DNA of 61,449 nucleotides. Origin: an uncultured Ruminococcus sp. (GTDB taxonomy: Bacteria; Bacillota; Clostridia; Oscillospirales; Acutalibacteraceae). A program made the position numbers and the translations under genes. The notes below the pieces were generated by a model. It was not told where the DNA came from, ran no database searches, and was given only the letters and a program-made list of their open reading frames with translations. This document shows positions 40,297 to 50,986 of this stretch, in pieces. The DNA lies in the NCBI GenBank assembly GCA_964600975.1, contig CAZRLC010000001.1:1-61449 (forward strand), given 5' to 3'. Every line of letters begins with the position of its first letter. Position 1 is the stretch's first letter.

Positions 40297-41769
40297 ATGA
40301 CGAAATCGGTATTCAAGCGGTTTCTGTTCTATAGTATGACCGTTACCCTGATATGTGTAACTGTGGTATGCGGAATCGTTACGGTTCCTATGTCAAAGTA
40401 CATAGAGAAGTCCAAGCGCTCCGCTATTGAGGAGAACGCCCACGATATTGCCGCCTTTGTTAGCGAAATGGCAAAGGATGACATCCACATAATGTCTACC
40501 GAAGAAGCAGAGGCTTTTACCTTAACCTTTAAGGTTTTGTCCGAGTCTCTCAACGCTGTATTGGCTGTGGTAGATACCGAGGGTAGGCTTGTCTATTCCT
40601 CCTCCAATGAACTAAACCAGAAGGATGTCACTCTGCCGGAGGAAATAATGGATATAATTTCTGACGGAGAACACTTTGAACACGGAACCCTGCACAATAT
40701 ATATAATTCTACCTACTATATATCCGTTGTACCCGTTACCGCTGACAACAACGGCTCAGATGTAATCGGCTATTGTCTTTTGGCACAAGAATCCGTATGG
40801 TCCTCTGAGTATATATCAAAAGCTGTCGTAATTCTGGGTGTTACCATACTACTTGCCTTTGTGTTTGTATTTATTATTTTGGCGGTTTATGCTTATAACA
40901 CCACCATTCCTCTGAAGCAAATGGCAGCCGCCGCCAAGAGGTTTTCTATTGGCGACTTCGAAAGCAGAGGTCATATCAAAACCGATGATGAAATCGGCGA
41001 ACTGTCTGCTGCATTCAACGAAATGGCTGACTCCCTTGCCTCTTCTGAAGGAATGCGCCGTAACTTCATTGCTAATGTATCCCACGAGCTTAAGACTCCT
41101 ATGACAACTATCGCAGGATATATAGACGGCATTCTGGACGGAACCATTCCCGATGAGGACAGAGACCATTACCTGGGAATTGTTTCTCAGGAGGTTAAGC
41201 GTCTCAATAGACTTGTAACCTCTATGATATCTCTGTCTAAGATTGACAGCGGTGAAATCAAGGTACAGAAGGCTCCGTTTGTTATTCAAGAAACTGCCTT
41301 CAATGTTCTTCTGGGTTTTGAAAGTGAAATTGAAAAGAATAAGCTTAACATAGAAGGTCTGGACGATGAAGAAGACATCACCGCCTTTGGTGATAAGGAT
41401 TTAATTCATCAGGTGCTGTACAATCTGGTGGAAAATGCGGTAAAATTTACAAATGAAGGCGGATATATAAGATTTGGCTTTACACACAAGGACAATAGGG
41501 TGTATATTTATGTTGAAAACAGCGGTGAGGGTATCCTGCCCGAAGACTTGCGGCTTGTTTTCGACAAGTTCTACAAGGGTGATAAATCCCGAAGCCAGAA
41601 TAAAAAGAGTATGGGACTGGGACTTTACATAGTCCGTACCATAATACACCTGCACGGCGGTAACATCACAGTTGAAAGTGAGCCCGGGGAGTACTGCCGA
41701 TTTATGTTCTTCCTGCCTGATGCCCCAAAAAAGCAGAAGGAACTCCCCGATACAATCAAGGAGGTTTAA
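40297..41769 (+). CDS. HAMP-domain sensor histidine kinase
   Basis: 2 TM helices, HAMP, SHELKTPM H-box, NLVENAVKF, GLGL. Confidence 0.95.
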   Translation: MTKSVFKRFLFYSMTVTLICVTVVCGIVTVPMSKYIEKSKRSAIEENAHDIAAFVSEMAKDDIHIMSTEEAEAFTLTFKVLSESLNAVLAVVDTEGRLVYSSSNELNQKDVTLPEEIMDIISDGEHFEHGTLHNIYNSTYYISVVPVTADNNGSDVIGYCLLAQESVWSSEYISKAVVILGVTILLAFVFVFIILAVYAYNTTIPLKQMAAAAKRFSIGDFESRGHIKTDDEIGELSAAFNEMADSLASSEGMRRNFIANVSHELKTPMTTIAGYIDGILDGTIPDEDRDHYLGIVSQEVKRLNRLVTSMISLSKIDSGEIKVQKAPFVIQETAFNVLLGFESEIEKNKLNIEGLDDEEDITAFGDKDLIHQVLYNLVENAVKFTNEGGYIRFGFTHKDNRVYIYVENSGEGILPEDLRLVFDKFYKGDKSRSQNKKSMGLGLYIVRTIIHLHGGNITVESEPGEYCRFMFFLPDAPKKQKELPDTIKEV

Positions 41770-41770
41770 T

Positions 41771-43381
41771 ATGAACAACGAATTTCTTGAGCCTAATACA
41801 AAGGGTAATATGCCTGAAGATGAAGGTAATAATCAAGAGGACAACATTCCTGTAGAAGCTACTTGTGAAGAGCTTATCCCGGAGAACAGCCGGTCTGCTA
41901 CGGATGAGGTCTTATCTTCTGCTGACGCTTCTAAGGATGCAGAGGCTGATACACCCTGTGAAGCACCTCAAAGCAATACCTGTGAGGAGCCTGTGCAGGT
42001 TACAACCCCTGTCTTTGTAACTCCTCCCTACTCTAACCCTACAGCAAATACCACACCACCCTATAGTGCTCCCCAGTCACCCTATGAGGCTGATTCGGTT
42101 TACAGTAGCAACAACGCTCCTGTTCCCCAGCCTAAAAGAAGCAAGGGCAAGACCGCATTCTTAATCTGCCTGTGGGTGCTTGTCGGCATTTTTGCACTGG
42201 GATTCTTTGTTATGTGCGGTTATATAGCAGGACTAAACTCCAACGAAGGAAGCACCGCACCAACGCTATTTACAGTGCCGGATGTAACCGAACTCCCCAC
42301 TGAAAAACCCGAGGATGTAACATCACCTCAGGATAATAACGAGAATAACAATGCAGTAATTCTTCCTGATGATGATGACGACGATGTTTATTCCGAGGAC
42401 GATGCAATCGAGCTTCATAACATTCCTGAGGACAACAGCAACACAAGCAAATACACCACCAAATACGCCTATAATAAGGTGCTGGACTCCACGGTAGGAG
42501 TTGTATGCTATAAAGACTCCTTCACAGATGAGCCCGATTCTCAGGGTACAGGAATTATTATTTCTGACAACGGCTACATTGTAACCAACAGCCATGTTAT
42601 CGGTGATAGCAGAACTGCCTATAACGTACAGGTTATCACCAATGACCAGACCTCCTACGAGGCTAAGATTATAGGCTATGACTCCCGCACAGACCTGGCT
42701 GTGCTGAAGATTGATGCAACTGACCTGCCCGAGGCTGAGTTCTGTGACTCATCCCTTGTAGAGGTTGGCGACGATGTTATTGCAGTTGGCAACCCCGGCG
42801 GAATAGAGTTCCAGAACTCTCTTACAAAAGGTGTTGTATCTGCACTTGACAGAGAATTGGACCTCACCGCAAATGTGTCCTACATTCAGACAGATGCCGC
42901 CATTAATCCCGGCAACAGCGGCGGACCTCTTTGCAATATTTACGGTCAGGTAATCGGTGTTAATACCGCTAAGATAAGCTCATCCTCCTACGAGGGTATG
43001 GGATTTGCTATTCCCAGCCGTACAATTAAGGAGATTGTAGACGACCTGATGGCTCAGGGTTACGTCAGCGGCAGAGTCCGTCTGGGTATCTCGGGTACTG
43101 CAGTTACCTCTACAATGCAGCAGTACTACAACACACCCCAGGGCATTCTGGTAGGTGAGATTGCCGAGGACGGCCCCTGTGACGGCTCAGGACTTAAGAT
43201 AAACGATATCATCACCGCTATTGACGGCGAAAAGGTTACGTCCTTCTCTGATGTATACGGTATACTTTCTGAGCACAAAGCAGGTGACAAGGTGGAGCTC
43301 TCTGTTTATCGTTTGAACTCAGACACCACCCTTGAGATAGAAATCATCCTTATGGCGGATGAGGGCGAAACACAACAGTAA
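41771..43381 (+). CDS. htrA: HtrA/DegP-like membrane serine protease with PDZ domain
   Basis: TNSHVI, DLAV, QTDAAINPGNSGGPL and C-terminal PDZ; AGGAGG RBS before ATG 41771. Confidence 0.92.
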   Translation: MNNEFLEPNTKGNMPEDEGNNQEDNIPVEATCEELIPENSRSATDEVLSSADASKDAEADTPCEAPQSNTCEEPVQVTTPVFVTPPYSNPTANTTPPYSAPQSPYEADSVYSSNNAPVPQPKRSKGKTAFLICLWVLVGIFALGFFVMCGYIAGLNSNEGSTAPTLFTVPDVTELPTEKPEDVTSPQDNNENNNAVILPDDDDDDVYSEDDAIELHNIPEDNSNTSKYTTKYAYNKVLDSTVGVVCYKDSFTDEPDSQGTGIIISDNGYIVTNSHVIGDSRTAYNVQVITNDQTSYEAKIIGYDSRTDLAVLKIDATDLPEAEFCDSSLVEVGDDVIAVGNPGGIEFQNSLTKGVVSALDRELDLTANVSYIQTDAAINPGNSGGPLCNIYGQVIGVNTAKISSSSYEGMGFAIPSRTIKEIVDDLMAQGYVSGRVRLGISGTAVTSTMQQYYNTPQGILVGEIAEDGPCDGSGLKINDIITAIDGEKVTSFSDVYGILSEHKAGDKVELSVYRLNSDTTLEIEIILMADEGETQQ

Positions 43382-43391
43382 AAAACAAGTC

Positions 43392-43422
43392 AAGCCACTG
43401 TCTTTTCGGACAGTGGCTTTTT
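43392..43422. terminator. Intrinsic terminator
   Basis: aagccactgtc...gacagtggctt followed by a T run. Confidence 0.8.
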
Positions 43423-43424
43423 AA

Positions 43425-43991
43425 CTATAGGCGGATATTTCTGCCTATTATCTCTACTGCGTTATCCTGACACAGGGGGCTCCCCTGCTCCTTAATCCTC
43501 GAAATTGTAACCTTGTTACACTTTATATAAACAGAATACTCCGTCAGGAGTCCTTTGAGTCCGCTACTGATAACAGGATACTCCCACACCAAGTACAAAC
43601 TGCCGTTATATTCCCACAGAGAATTATTACGCACTGTAATATCTCTATCAACTATCTTCTCAGATACAGAGAAAAAGTCCTCCATACTATGAAATATAAA
43701 GCAGGGATGTTCCTTTATCCTCTTGACCTTGTAGGTTTTGGGGTGCTTCTTGTGGCAAAGGGTCACAAGTATCAGACAACCTCCATCCCAGGGCACTGCC
43801 TCCATTAAGGCTACCTTATCCCCCATAGAGAGTCCTGCCTTGCTACATGCTACCCTTAGAAGTCTTTGAAGCACCTTGTTTGAATGCTCATCATATAGGC
43901 TCATACATTTCAGGTCTATCTTATAATCCCTCATATCCTTGGCACACAAGGAAATAAGCACCTTTCCCGAATCCAGCGGTTCAATAGTCAC
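43425..43991 (-). CDS. MecA-like ClpC adaptor protein
   Basis: GTG start with GGAGG RBS; MecA-like N-terminus (ISL..KDM; EAVP..GGCLILVT) and C-terminus (IKEQG..L..DNAV). Confidence 0.65.
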   Translation of the reverse strand: MTIEPLDSGKVLISLCAKDMRDYKIDLKCMSLYDEHSNKVLQRLLRVACSKAGLSMGDKVALMEAVPWDGGCLILVTLCHKKHPKTYKVKRIKEHPCFIFHSMEDFFSVSEKIVDRDITVRNNSLWEYNGSLYLVWEYPVISSGLKGLLTEYSVYIKCNKVTISRIKEQGSPLCQDNAVEIIGRNIRL

Positions 43992-44175
43992 AATCCTTCC
44001 TCCCCTGTGCAGACTGGTATAATTATAGTCTGCCTATATACCATACTATTCTTAGAGCCCGTACTTTGCAAGGGAAAGTTTTTGGTTGGAAGATTATAAC
44101 AATGTATTGAAATATCCCTCTCCTCGTGGTAAACTGAATATGTATTATATTAAATCCCCAAGGAGGTACCCCACT

Positions 44176-45726
44176 ATGCCCAAATGGCTTGAAAATGCAG
44201 TATTCTATGAGATTTATCCCCAGAGCTACTACGACTCCAACGGAGACGGTATCGGTGATTTACAGGGAATTATTGAGAAGCTTCCCTACATCAAATCCCT
44301 GGGCTGTAACGCTCTGTGGCTTAACCCTGTGTATGACTCTCCCTTTATGGATGCAGGATACGATGTACGAAATCACAAGCTAATTGCCAAGCGCTACGGC
44401 ACCAACGAGGATATGAAGAAACTCCTTGAGGCTGCTCACAGTATGGGAATCAGGGTGCTTCTTGACTTGGTACCCGGACACACCTCAGATACCAACCCCT
44501 GGTTTCAGGAGGCAAAGAAAGCTGCCGAGAACGAATACTCCAATCGCTATATCTTCACCAAGTCTGTATGGGACGCTCCCTCTGAATACAGACTTATGTG
44601 CGGTATCTGTGAGAGAGACGGCAACTATATGGTAAACTACTTCTCCTCTCAACCTGCACTCAACTACGGTTTTGGTGAGATTAAATATCCAAACTGGCAG
44701 CTTCCCTGTGACCACCCAGACTGTGTGGCTACCGCCGAGGCACTTAAGGACATTATCCGCTTTTGGCTTGATATGGGTGCTGACGGCTTCCGTGTTGATA
44801 TGGCAGACTCTCTTGTTAAGGACGACGAGGATAAGGTAAACACCGCGAAAATCTGGCGTGATGTAAGAGATATGCTGGACAAAGACTACCCCGAGGCAGC
44901 CTTTGTGGCAGAATGGTGCTACCCTAAACGTGCAATTATGAGTGGCGGCTTCCATATGGACTTCTACCTTGACCACTACGGCAACGGCTACTCAAAGCTC
45001 TTTAGATATTTAGACGAAAAGGGTGAAAATCACGCCTTCTTCCACAAAAGCGGTAAGGGTGACATCACCGCATTCCTGGATGAATATATACCTAACTACG
45101 AGCTGACAAAGGACACAGGATATATCTCCTTTATGACTAACAATCACGATATGCCTCGTGCCACCTATTATATGGACAACGACACCATCAAGCTAACTCA
45201 CGCTATGATTTTCACAATGCCCGGTGTTCCTTTCCTCTATTACGGAGACGAAATCGGTATGAGATATCAAGGGGAACTTGTTAGCAAGGAGGGTGGCTAT
45301 TCCCGTACAGGCTCCCGTACCCCTATGCAGTGGGACAGCTCCCCCAATATGGGCTTCTCTACTGCCGACAAGGAGGCTCTTTACCTGCCTGTTGACAGTA
45401 AAGAGGGTGCTCCCACCGTTGAAAATCAGAAGGATAAAGAGGGCTCTATATACAAGGTTGTCACAGATATTATCCGTCTGCGCCACGAAATCCCCCAGCT
45501 TGGCAACGGTTCCGGCTTTGAGGTAGTATATGCCGAGAAAGAAAAGTATCCCTTTGTATACCGCCGTGGTGACTACGTTATCTTTGTAAATCCCTCCTCT
45601 AAGGACGAAGCTATCCCCTTCGATGAGGACGTCAAAGAGACAGTTTACACTATCGGAAGGGTACAGTTTGCTGAGGGTAAAGCCTGTGTTTGTGGTTCCT
45701 CCTTTGCAATTATCCGCACAAAATAA
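44176..45726 (+). CDS. Cytoplasmic GH13 alpha-glucosidase/amylase-family hydrolase
   Basis: FYEIYPQS..DSNGDGIGDL, GFRVDMA, AEW and NNHD catalytic motifs; AGGAGG RBS before ATG 44176. Confidence 0.92.
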   Translation: MPKWLENAVFYEIYPQSYYDSNGDGIGDLQGIIEKLPYIKSLGCNALWLNPVYDSPFMDAGYDVRNHKLIAKRYGTNEDMKKLLEAAHSMGIRVLLDLVPGHTSDTNPWFQEAKKAAENEYSNRYIFTKSVWDAPSEYRLMCGICERDGNYMVNYFSSQPALNYGFGEIKYPNWQLPCDHPDCVATAEALKDIIRFWLDMGADGFRVDMADSLVKDDEDKVNTAKIWRDVRDMLDKDYPEAAFVAEWCYPKRAIMSGGFHMDFYLDHYGNGYSKLFRYLDEKGENHAFFHKSGKGDITAFLDEYIPNYELTKDTGYISFMTNNHDMPRATYYMDNDTIKLTHAMIFTMPGVPFLYYGDEIGMRYQGELVSKEGGYSRTGSRTPMQWDSSPNMGFSTADKEALYLPVDSKEGAPTVENQKDKEGSIYKVVTDIIRLRHEIPQLGNGSGFEVVYAEKEKYPFVYRRGDYVIFVNPSSKDEAIPFDEDVKETVYTIGRVQFAEGKACVCGSSFAIIRTK

Positions 45727-45736
45727 GCTAAGCAAT

Positions 45737-45777
45737 AAAAACACCGTAGCTATATTTAACAGCTACGGTGTTTTTTT
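45737..45777. terminator. Bidirectional terminator
   Basis: aaaaacaccgtagct...agctacggtgttttttt. Confidence 0.85.
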
Positions 45778-48112
45778 AATTCAAACCGTTATTCACTAAC
45801 CTTACAGCAATGGCAGTAATATCGTCGTCCTGTGCCTCCTTTCTGCGCTTCATTGCTTCGTTGACTACTACCGATGCCATATCCTGACAAGAGGCATCTC
45901 TCCAGGTGCGTACCAGCTCCTCCAACCATTTGTCATCCCCCGAAACTGCTCCGTCAGATATCATCAGAATTGCATCTCCTTCGTGTAATGTAACTGTATC
46001 CTTGGAGAAGCTCACCTCGTTTAGTATACCCACAGGTAAAGAGGGGGCTTCTCTGCGGTATACTTTACCGCCTTTGCGGATATAGGTTAAGGGTGCACCT
46101 GCCTTAAACAGACTGACTTTTCCCGAAAACAAGTTGATATCCACTACGTCCAGAGTCGCCATAGACTCCTCCTCGGACTTAATCATTAAGGCGGAATTTA
46201 CCACAGACAAGGCACAATCATAGGTTAGCCCTGCCTTGAGAAGCTTTGCCATAATGCTTACCGCCATATTGGAATCTACTGCGGCGGCACCACCCGAGCC
46301 CATTCCGTCACTGATTATTGCCACCATACTGCCTGTGCCGTTCATAAAATAGCTCAGACAATCACCGCAGAAATTGCCGTTTCGTGCTATATGCTGACTG
46401 GAGCCTATCTCTATATCGTAATCAGATATTTCGCTCATCACAAGGCGAAGTCTGTCTGATGTGATACTCTCTGTGGCTCTTTCAAATCTTCTGCCGCAAC
46501 ACCTGCTTACCGTATTCTCAACAGTCAGCCTTTCACCCTCAGCTTTTCTGCTGAGAATTAGTTCCACAGTCATACCTTTTCCTTTGTCCACATAACACAC
46601 ACAATCCACTACGGTTATGCCCTGAGTCTTCAGAGCTTCTGTTATTTTTTCGGCACTTTCCGTATCCAGATTATCAAAGCTCTGAAACTCATCGGACAAA
46701 TCCCAAAGCATATCACTAAGTCCCGAAAACTGAGATGCTACCACCGAGCGTATGTGGGTTATCCTGCGTTTTGCCGACTGTTCATAGAGGAAATCCCGAT
46801 AGCTTTCATTTATACTTGTGGCAAGTTCTCTTTGTTTGCAACATTTTTTGACGAAGTTTTCGTTTATATCCTGCTCTGTTATGTGACCTGTCTGTCTGAG
46901 TTTCTCAGTCAGACGAAAGAAGTCGTCCTTGGTAAGGCTTCGCTCCTTGTCCCAGCAGTAAACCCTTAGCCCACAAGCAGAGCAGGTCTTACTTACAGCA
47001 CTATCATATATCTGCATATCTGAGTCTTTGCTCTTGCTGCTGCTTAGCTTTTTCGACACCTCGGTAACACATTCGCTGACACCATCCAGAGCGTGGGCGG
47101 CATAATCAAGCCTCATTGTAATACCACGACGTAGGGCGTCACTCTGACTGTTAACAGCGGAGGGCAGAAACGCTGCTCTGATATAATTGCCGAAATCAGC
47201 GGGAATAAGCATAAAAAATCCCACACCAAACAAGCACTCGATAAATAGTGATAATATTAAAGACTTGTCCTCTGAGGCAAAGGACAATACCAGGTTGCAG
47301 ACTGTAAACACCGCACCTACAGGCAGTTTGCCAACTGTAGAGAAAAGTCCTCCCACCAAGCCCCCGAAGGCATAGCCTCCTGCAAGGAAACTAAGCTCTG
47401 TAGAGCCAAGGCTAAATACCACACCTGTGGCAATACCGCTGATGCTTCCCCCTGCTGTGCCACCATACCTTGCACACAAAAGCACAGTTACCACCGCCAT
47501 TATCCGTCCTACGGAAACTCCCAGAATAGTCAGAGAGCCGAAGGACAGCATTATTATGCACAGCGACACAGACAGACAAGCTATCTCCTGTCCGGAAAAA
47601 GTCCAGATTCCTCTTGCAGAGGACATAAGGCGGACACTTCGGGATATAAAATACGCCCCTGCAGCAGAGATAAACGCCTCTACAATACAGGTGCCGAAAT
47701 CCGACATCCGACTGGTACTCACAAGCAAAAGTGCCAAACCTGTTGTAATCATAGGCACAAAGGCAAGTATTGGCGGATATAACACACTTGCGGATATTTT
47801 GCGAAAGTCTGACAAAAGCCACCTGAGAGCCCCCATAGCAAGTAAAACTGCGATGTATCTAAAGGAGTCTCTGGGAGAAAGCAATATGTATCCCAGCACA
47901 CTTCCTCCAACTGAGGCACCCATAAACTTAAGGGGTACCGCCGCCACCAGCGATGCTCCGAAGGGCGACAAATCCCCCAGCACCCCACCGCGGGATACCA
48001 ATAGTCCCAACAAAAAATATACCGATTGTAAAACAACCGTCCTGACAAGATAAGAGAAATGAAATTCTTCCTTGTCCTTTTTTCTTTTTCTCAATGTCTC
48101 TGCCGTAGCCAT
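45776..48112 (-). CDS. spoIIE: Stage II sporulation protein E (PP2C phosphatase)
   Basis: ~10 TM helices, C..C....CW motif, CGD, SDGMGSG, SDG and DDIT. Confidence 0.95.
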   Translation of the reverse strand: MATAETLRKRKKDKEEFHFSYLVRTVVLQSVYFLLGLLVSRGGVLGDLSPFGASLVAAVPLKFMGASVGGSVLGYILLSPRDSFRYIAVLLAMGALRWLLSDFRKISASVLYPPILAFVPMITTGLALLLVSTSRMSDFGTCIVEAFISAAGAYFISRSVRLMSSARGIWTFSGQEIACLSVSLCIIMLSFGSLTILGVSVGRIMAVVTVLLCARYGGTAGGSISGIATGVVFSLGSTELSFLAGGYAFGGLVGGLFSTVGKLPVGAVFTVCNLVLSFASEDKSLILSLFIECLFGVGFFMLIPADFGNYIRAAFLPSAVNSQSDALRRGITMRLDYAAHALDGVSECVTEVSKKLSSSKSKDSDMQIYDSAVSKTCSACGLRVYCWDKERSLTKDDFFRLTEKLRQTGHITEQDINENFVKKCCKQRELATSINESYRDFLYEQSAKRRITHIRSVVASQFSGLSDMLWDLSDEFQSFDNLDTESAEKITEALKTQGITVVDCVCYVDKGKGMTVELILSRKAEGERLTVENTVSRCCGRRFERATESITSDRLRLVMSEISDYDIEIGSSQHIARNGNFCGDCLSYFMNGTGSMVAIISDGMGSGGAAAVDSNMAVSIMAKLLKAGLTYDCALSVVNSALMIKSEEESMATLDVVDINLFSGKVSLFKAGAPLTYIRKGGKVYRREAPSLPVGILNEVSFSKDTVTLHEGDAILMISDGAVSGDDKWLEELVRTWRDASCQDMASVVVNEAMKRRKEAQDDDITAIAVRLVNNGLN

Positions 48113-48149
48113 ATTTATCCCTCTTTATGTATATGCTATTCTGATTACA

Positions 48150-48182
48150 ATTATAACTACAAACAGAGCACAGTTTTGTCGG
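48150..48182 (-). promoter_or_regulatory. Probable Spo0A-dependent sigmaA promoter of spoIIE
   Basis: cCGACA (0A-box-like / -35-like)-21 bp-TATAAT, the over-long spacer typical of Spo0A-activated spoIIE/spoIIG promoters. Confidence 0.55.
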
Positions 48183-48300
48183 TGTGTGAATGGACTTTTG
48201 AACTATCTTTTGTAATAAACAGAGGACATAGGGATGAAAGGTATTTTTAATATCCTATGGTGAGTATATTTGGATTTTTTTGTAGAGTAAATAATAGAGA

Positions 48301-48327
48301 AAAAAGGACAGGCAAAAGCCTGTCCTT
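48301..48327 (-). terminator. Terminator of the amylase/mal operon
   Basis: aaggacaggc-aaaa-gcctgtcctt with a U run on the minus strand. Confidence 0.8.
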
Positions 48328-48337
48328 ATAAATACTA

Positions 48338-49999
48338 TTACTGATTACCAAGAACTACTGAGGACTGAGGAGGCATTGTAAGAATACCGTCCACAAGGGT
48401 TGCATAAATTACTGTCTGCTCTCCTTCTTCGCCTGTAGTCTCTACATCTGCCTGTGCAGTCTGTGCGTACAAATCACCGCGGATTACAGGGGATGTCAAC
48501 ATATCCTCGGTAAGAGTGAGGGTTGCTGAATTTTCACTGCTCATATTATGAATAACCATCACCTGAGTGCCCTCGTACTCAACCTTGAAGGCACAGATAG
48601 AGGTATTATCAAAGGTATAGGTTTTCACAAGCTGTCCCCTGGCTATTTCGGGGGTCTGATTCTTCACCTTTATGACTCTCTTGTAGAAGCTGAGAAGTGA
48701 GTCCTCGTCCTCTGACTGTTGCTTTACGCCACCATAGGGTATATCGGAACGGGCTGCCGCTGTACACCAGATGTCGGGCTCTACATCAGAGTCCCAAATC
48801 ATAGGACCTCTGAAGAAGGCATCATTACCCGAAAAGCCCGAGGGAACCTCAAGACCGATTTCCTCACCATAATAGGTGAAGGAGTTACCCGGTGTCAGGA
48901 TGTAGGCTGCGGCTGCCATTTTCTGATATTCGAGTCCGTTGGCAAAGTAGTTACCGCATCTTACCATATCGTGATTGGACAGGAAGAAGGCGTTGATTGC
49001 ATCCTCGTTTGCCTCCTTAGAGCCTGAACAGAATTTTTTGAGCAGTAATGCCAGGTCGTTGCCTGTACCCGAATTAACCGAGGTAGCAAAATTACCCTGA
49101 GCAGTTGCAAAGGAAAAGGCAAACTGACTATCTATACCTGACTCATAGGTAGAGTAAATATAGGAGTTGCTCTGCCAATTTTCACCTACCATATACACAT
49201 CGGGGTTGTACTTCTGAGCAGTCCGGTAGAACCAATTTAGGAACTCGTTGCCGTCTGTTACATCATCTGTCATATATTTTACAGCGTCAAGACGGAATCC
49301 TGCAACGCCACGCTCAAGCCAGAATTTTGCCACTTCCTCAAAGTAATCTCTTGTACCCTCGTACTCCAGATTCCACTCGGGCATCTCACCGCTGAACTGT
49401 CCCTCGTACCAAAGATTTATATTGCCGATTACATTTCTCCAGCCTGTACCCATAGAACCATTTGCAGAGAATCTGTAGTACTTTGCATAGCCGTCCAGAT
49501 TTCCTGCCTTAGCCTCTGCAAGTGCCTGTGTCCAATACTCGTGACCCGTGCCGCAATGGTTGAGCACCAAATCCAGAATAACTGCAATACCACGCTTGTC
49601 GCATTCCTCGATAAGACGGTCAAAGGTCTCCAAATCTCCAAACGCAGGGTCAATATCCATATAGTCATCCACATCGTATTTATGGTAGGAGTCAGAGGGC
49701 ATTATGGGAGAAAGCCAGATACCGTCAAGACCTAAGTCTGTGTCGGTAGTGGGGTCGCCGTCATTGATATAGTCCAGTTTATCTATAATACCTTGTAAAT
49801 CACCTGTTTCATCTGAGTTGCTGTCGTTAAAAGAGCAAACCCAGATGTGGTAGTAATTTCTGAATTTATCCTGAGATATACTTACCTCACGCTGGAGGGT
49901 GGGGTCGGTATAGCCCTGTGTCTTATTATCACAGGCACTAAGCACAAAGCAACCTGTGAGCATCACAATAATCAAAAGGAGTGATATGATTCTTTTCAT
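48338..49999 (-). CDS. Lipoprotein alpha-amylase (GH13)
   Basis: Lipobox LSAC; SYHKYDV, GFRLDAVK, GEN and SNHD motifs; GGAGG RBS before ATG 49999. Confidence 0.9.
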   Translation of the reverse strand: MKRIISLLLIIVMLTGCFVLSACDNKTQGYTDPTLQREVSISQDKFRNYYHIWVCSFNDSNSDETGDLQGIIDKLDYINDGDPTTDTDLGLDGIWLSPIMPSDSYHKYDVDDYMDIDPAFGDLETFDRLIEECDKRGIAVILDLVLNHCGTGHEYWTQALAEAKAGNLDGYAKYYRFSANGSMGTGWRNVIGNINLWYEGQFSGEMPEWNLEYEGTRDYFEEVAKFWLERGVAGFRLDAVKYMTDDVTDGNEFLNWFYRTAQKYNPDVYMVGENWQSNSYIYSTYESGIDSQFAFSFATAQGNFATSVNSGTGNDLALLLKKFCSGSKEANEDAINAFFLSNHDMVRCGNYFANGLEYQKMAAAAYILTPGNSFTYYGEEIGLEVPSGFSGNDAFFRGPMIWDSDVEPDIWCTAAARSDIPYGGVKQQSEDEDSLLSFYKRVIKVKNQTPEIARGQLVKTYTFDNTSICAFKVEYEGTQVMVIHNMSSENSATLTLTEDMLTSPVIRGDLYAQTAQADVETTGEEGEQTVIYATLVDGILTMPPQSSVVLGNQ

Positions 50000-50119
50000 T
50001 ATGTCCTCCAAAACAGTCTGATACTAATTCAAACAAAGCTTGTAAAAACTATGGCGGCCACCCAAGGGCGACCGCCTCATTTCTTAATATAAGGTTACAA
50101 AGCGTAACCCAAGTACGCA

Positions 50120-50986
50120 TTAGCCCTTAACGCCACCGGCTGTAACGCCTTCAACGTAGTACTTCTGCATATAGAGGAACAGTGCTGTGATAGGAATAGC
50201 AACAACAACTGAACCTGACAGGAAGTAGCGGTAATAGTTAGCCTTATACTCCTTGTCTGTCCACATCCACAGACCTCTCGATATGGTGTACTTTTCTACC
50301 TCGGTACCCATGATAATCTTTACAAGAATAAAGTCACACCAGGGGCTGATGAAGGAGGTAAGAACAGTGTAAACAACGATAGGCTTGGACATGGGAAGAA
50401 TAATCTTCCAGAAAATCTGATTTTTGTTAGCACCGTCAATGGTAGCAGCCTCATCCAGAGCTCTGGGGATTGTATCAAAGAATCCCTTAGCTACCAGATA
50501 TCCAAGACCTGCACCACCGCTGTAGCAGAGGATAAGTCCCAGAAGTGTCTGGTTAAGACCCATCATCTTAAGAATGTAGTACAGAGCGATAGTGGTCATA
50601 AAGCCGGGGAACATACCCATAATCATACCAACGTTGATGAAAGGCTTACGAGCCTTAAATCTAAGACGGCTAAAGCTATATGCAACCATCAGAACAGAAA
50701 GTGTTGAGATGATGCAGGAGCAAGTTGCAACAATCAGAGTGTTTGTGAACCACTTCATAAACATTGTCTCTTTGAAAAGGCCAATGTAGTTATCAAATCC
50801 CAGCTCGTTAATCTTGGGGAACAGGGTATTTGAAAGAATAGCAGGAACACCGCCTGAGGGGTCAACTCTGAAGGAATGTGCTACCAGCCAAACAAGGGGA
50901 AAAATCCATATGAGGCCCATAACTGCCAATAAAATATAAATAAGCGTATTGGCAATGCCTCTTCTCAGCTTATAACTTTTTATCAT
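50120..50986 (-). CDS. Maltodextrin ABC transporter permease (MalG-like)
   Basis: KGFFDTIPRALDEAATIDGA EAA loop. Confidence 0.92.
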   Translation of the reverse strand: MIKSYKLRRGIANTLIYILLAVMGLIWIFPLVWLVAHSFRVDPSGGVPAILSNTLFPKINELGFDNYIGLFKETMFMKWFTNTLIVATCSCIISTLSVLMVAYSFSRLRFKARKPFINVGMIMGMFPGFMTTIALYYILKMMGLNQTLLGLILCYSGGAGLGYLVAKGFFDTIPRALDEAATIDGANKNQIFWKIILPMSKPIVVYTVLTSFISPWCDFILVKIIMGTEVEKYTISRGLWMWTDKEYKANYYRYFLSGSVVVAIPITALFLYMQKYYVEGVTAGGVKG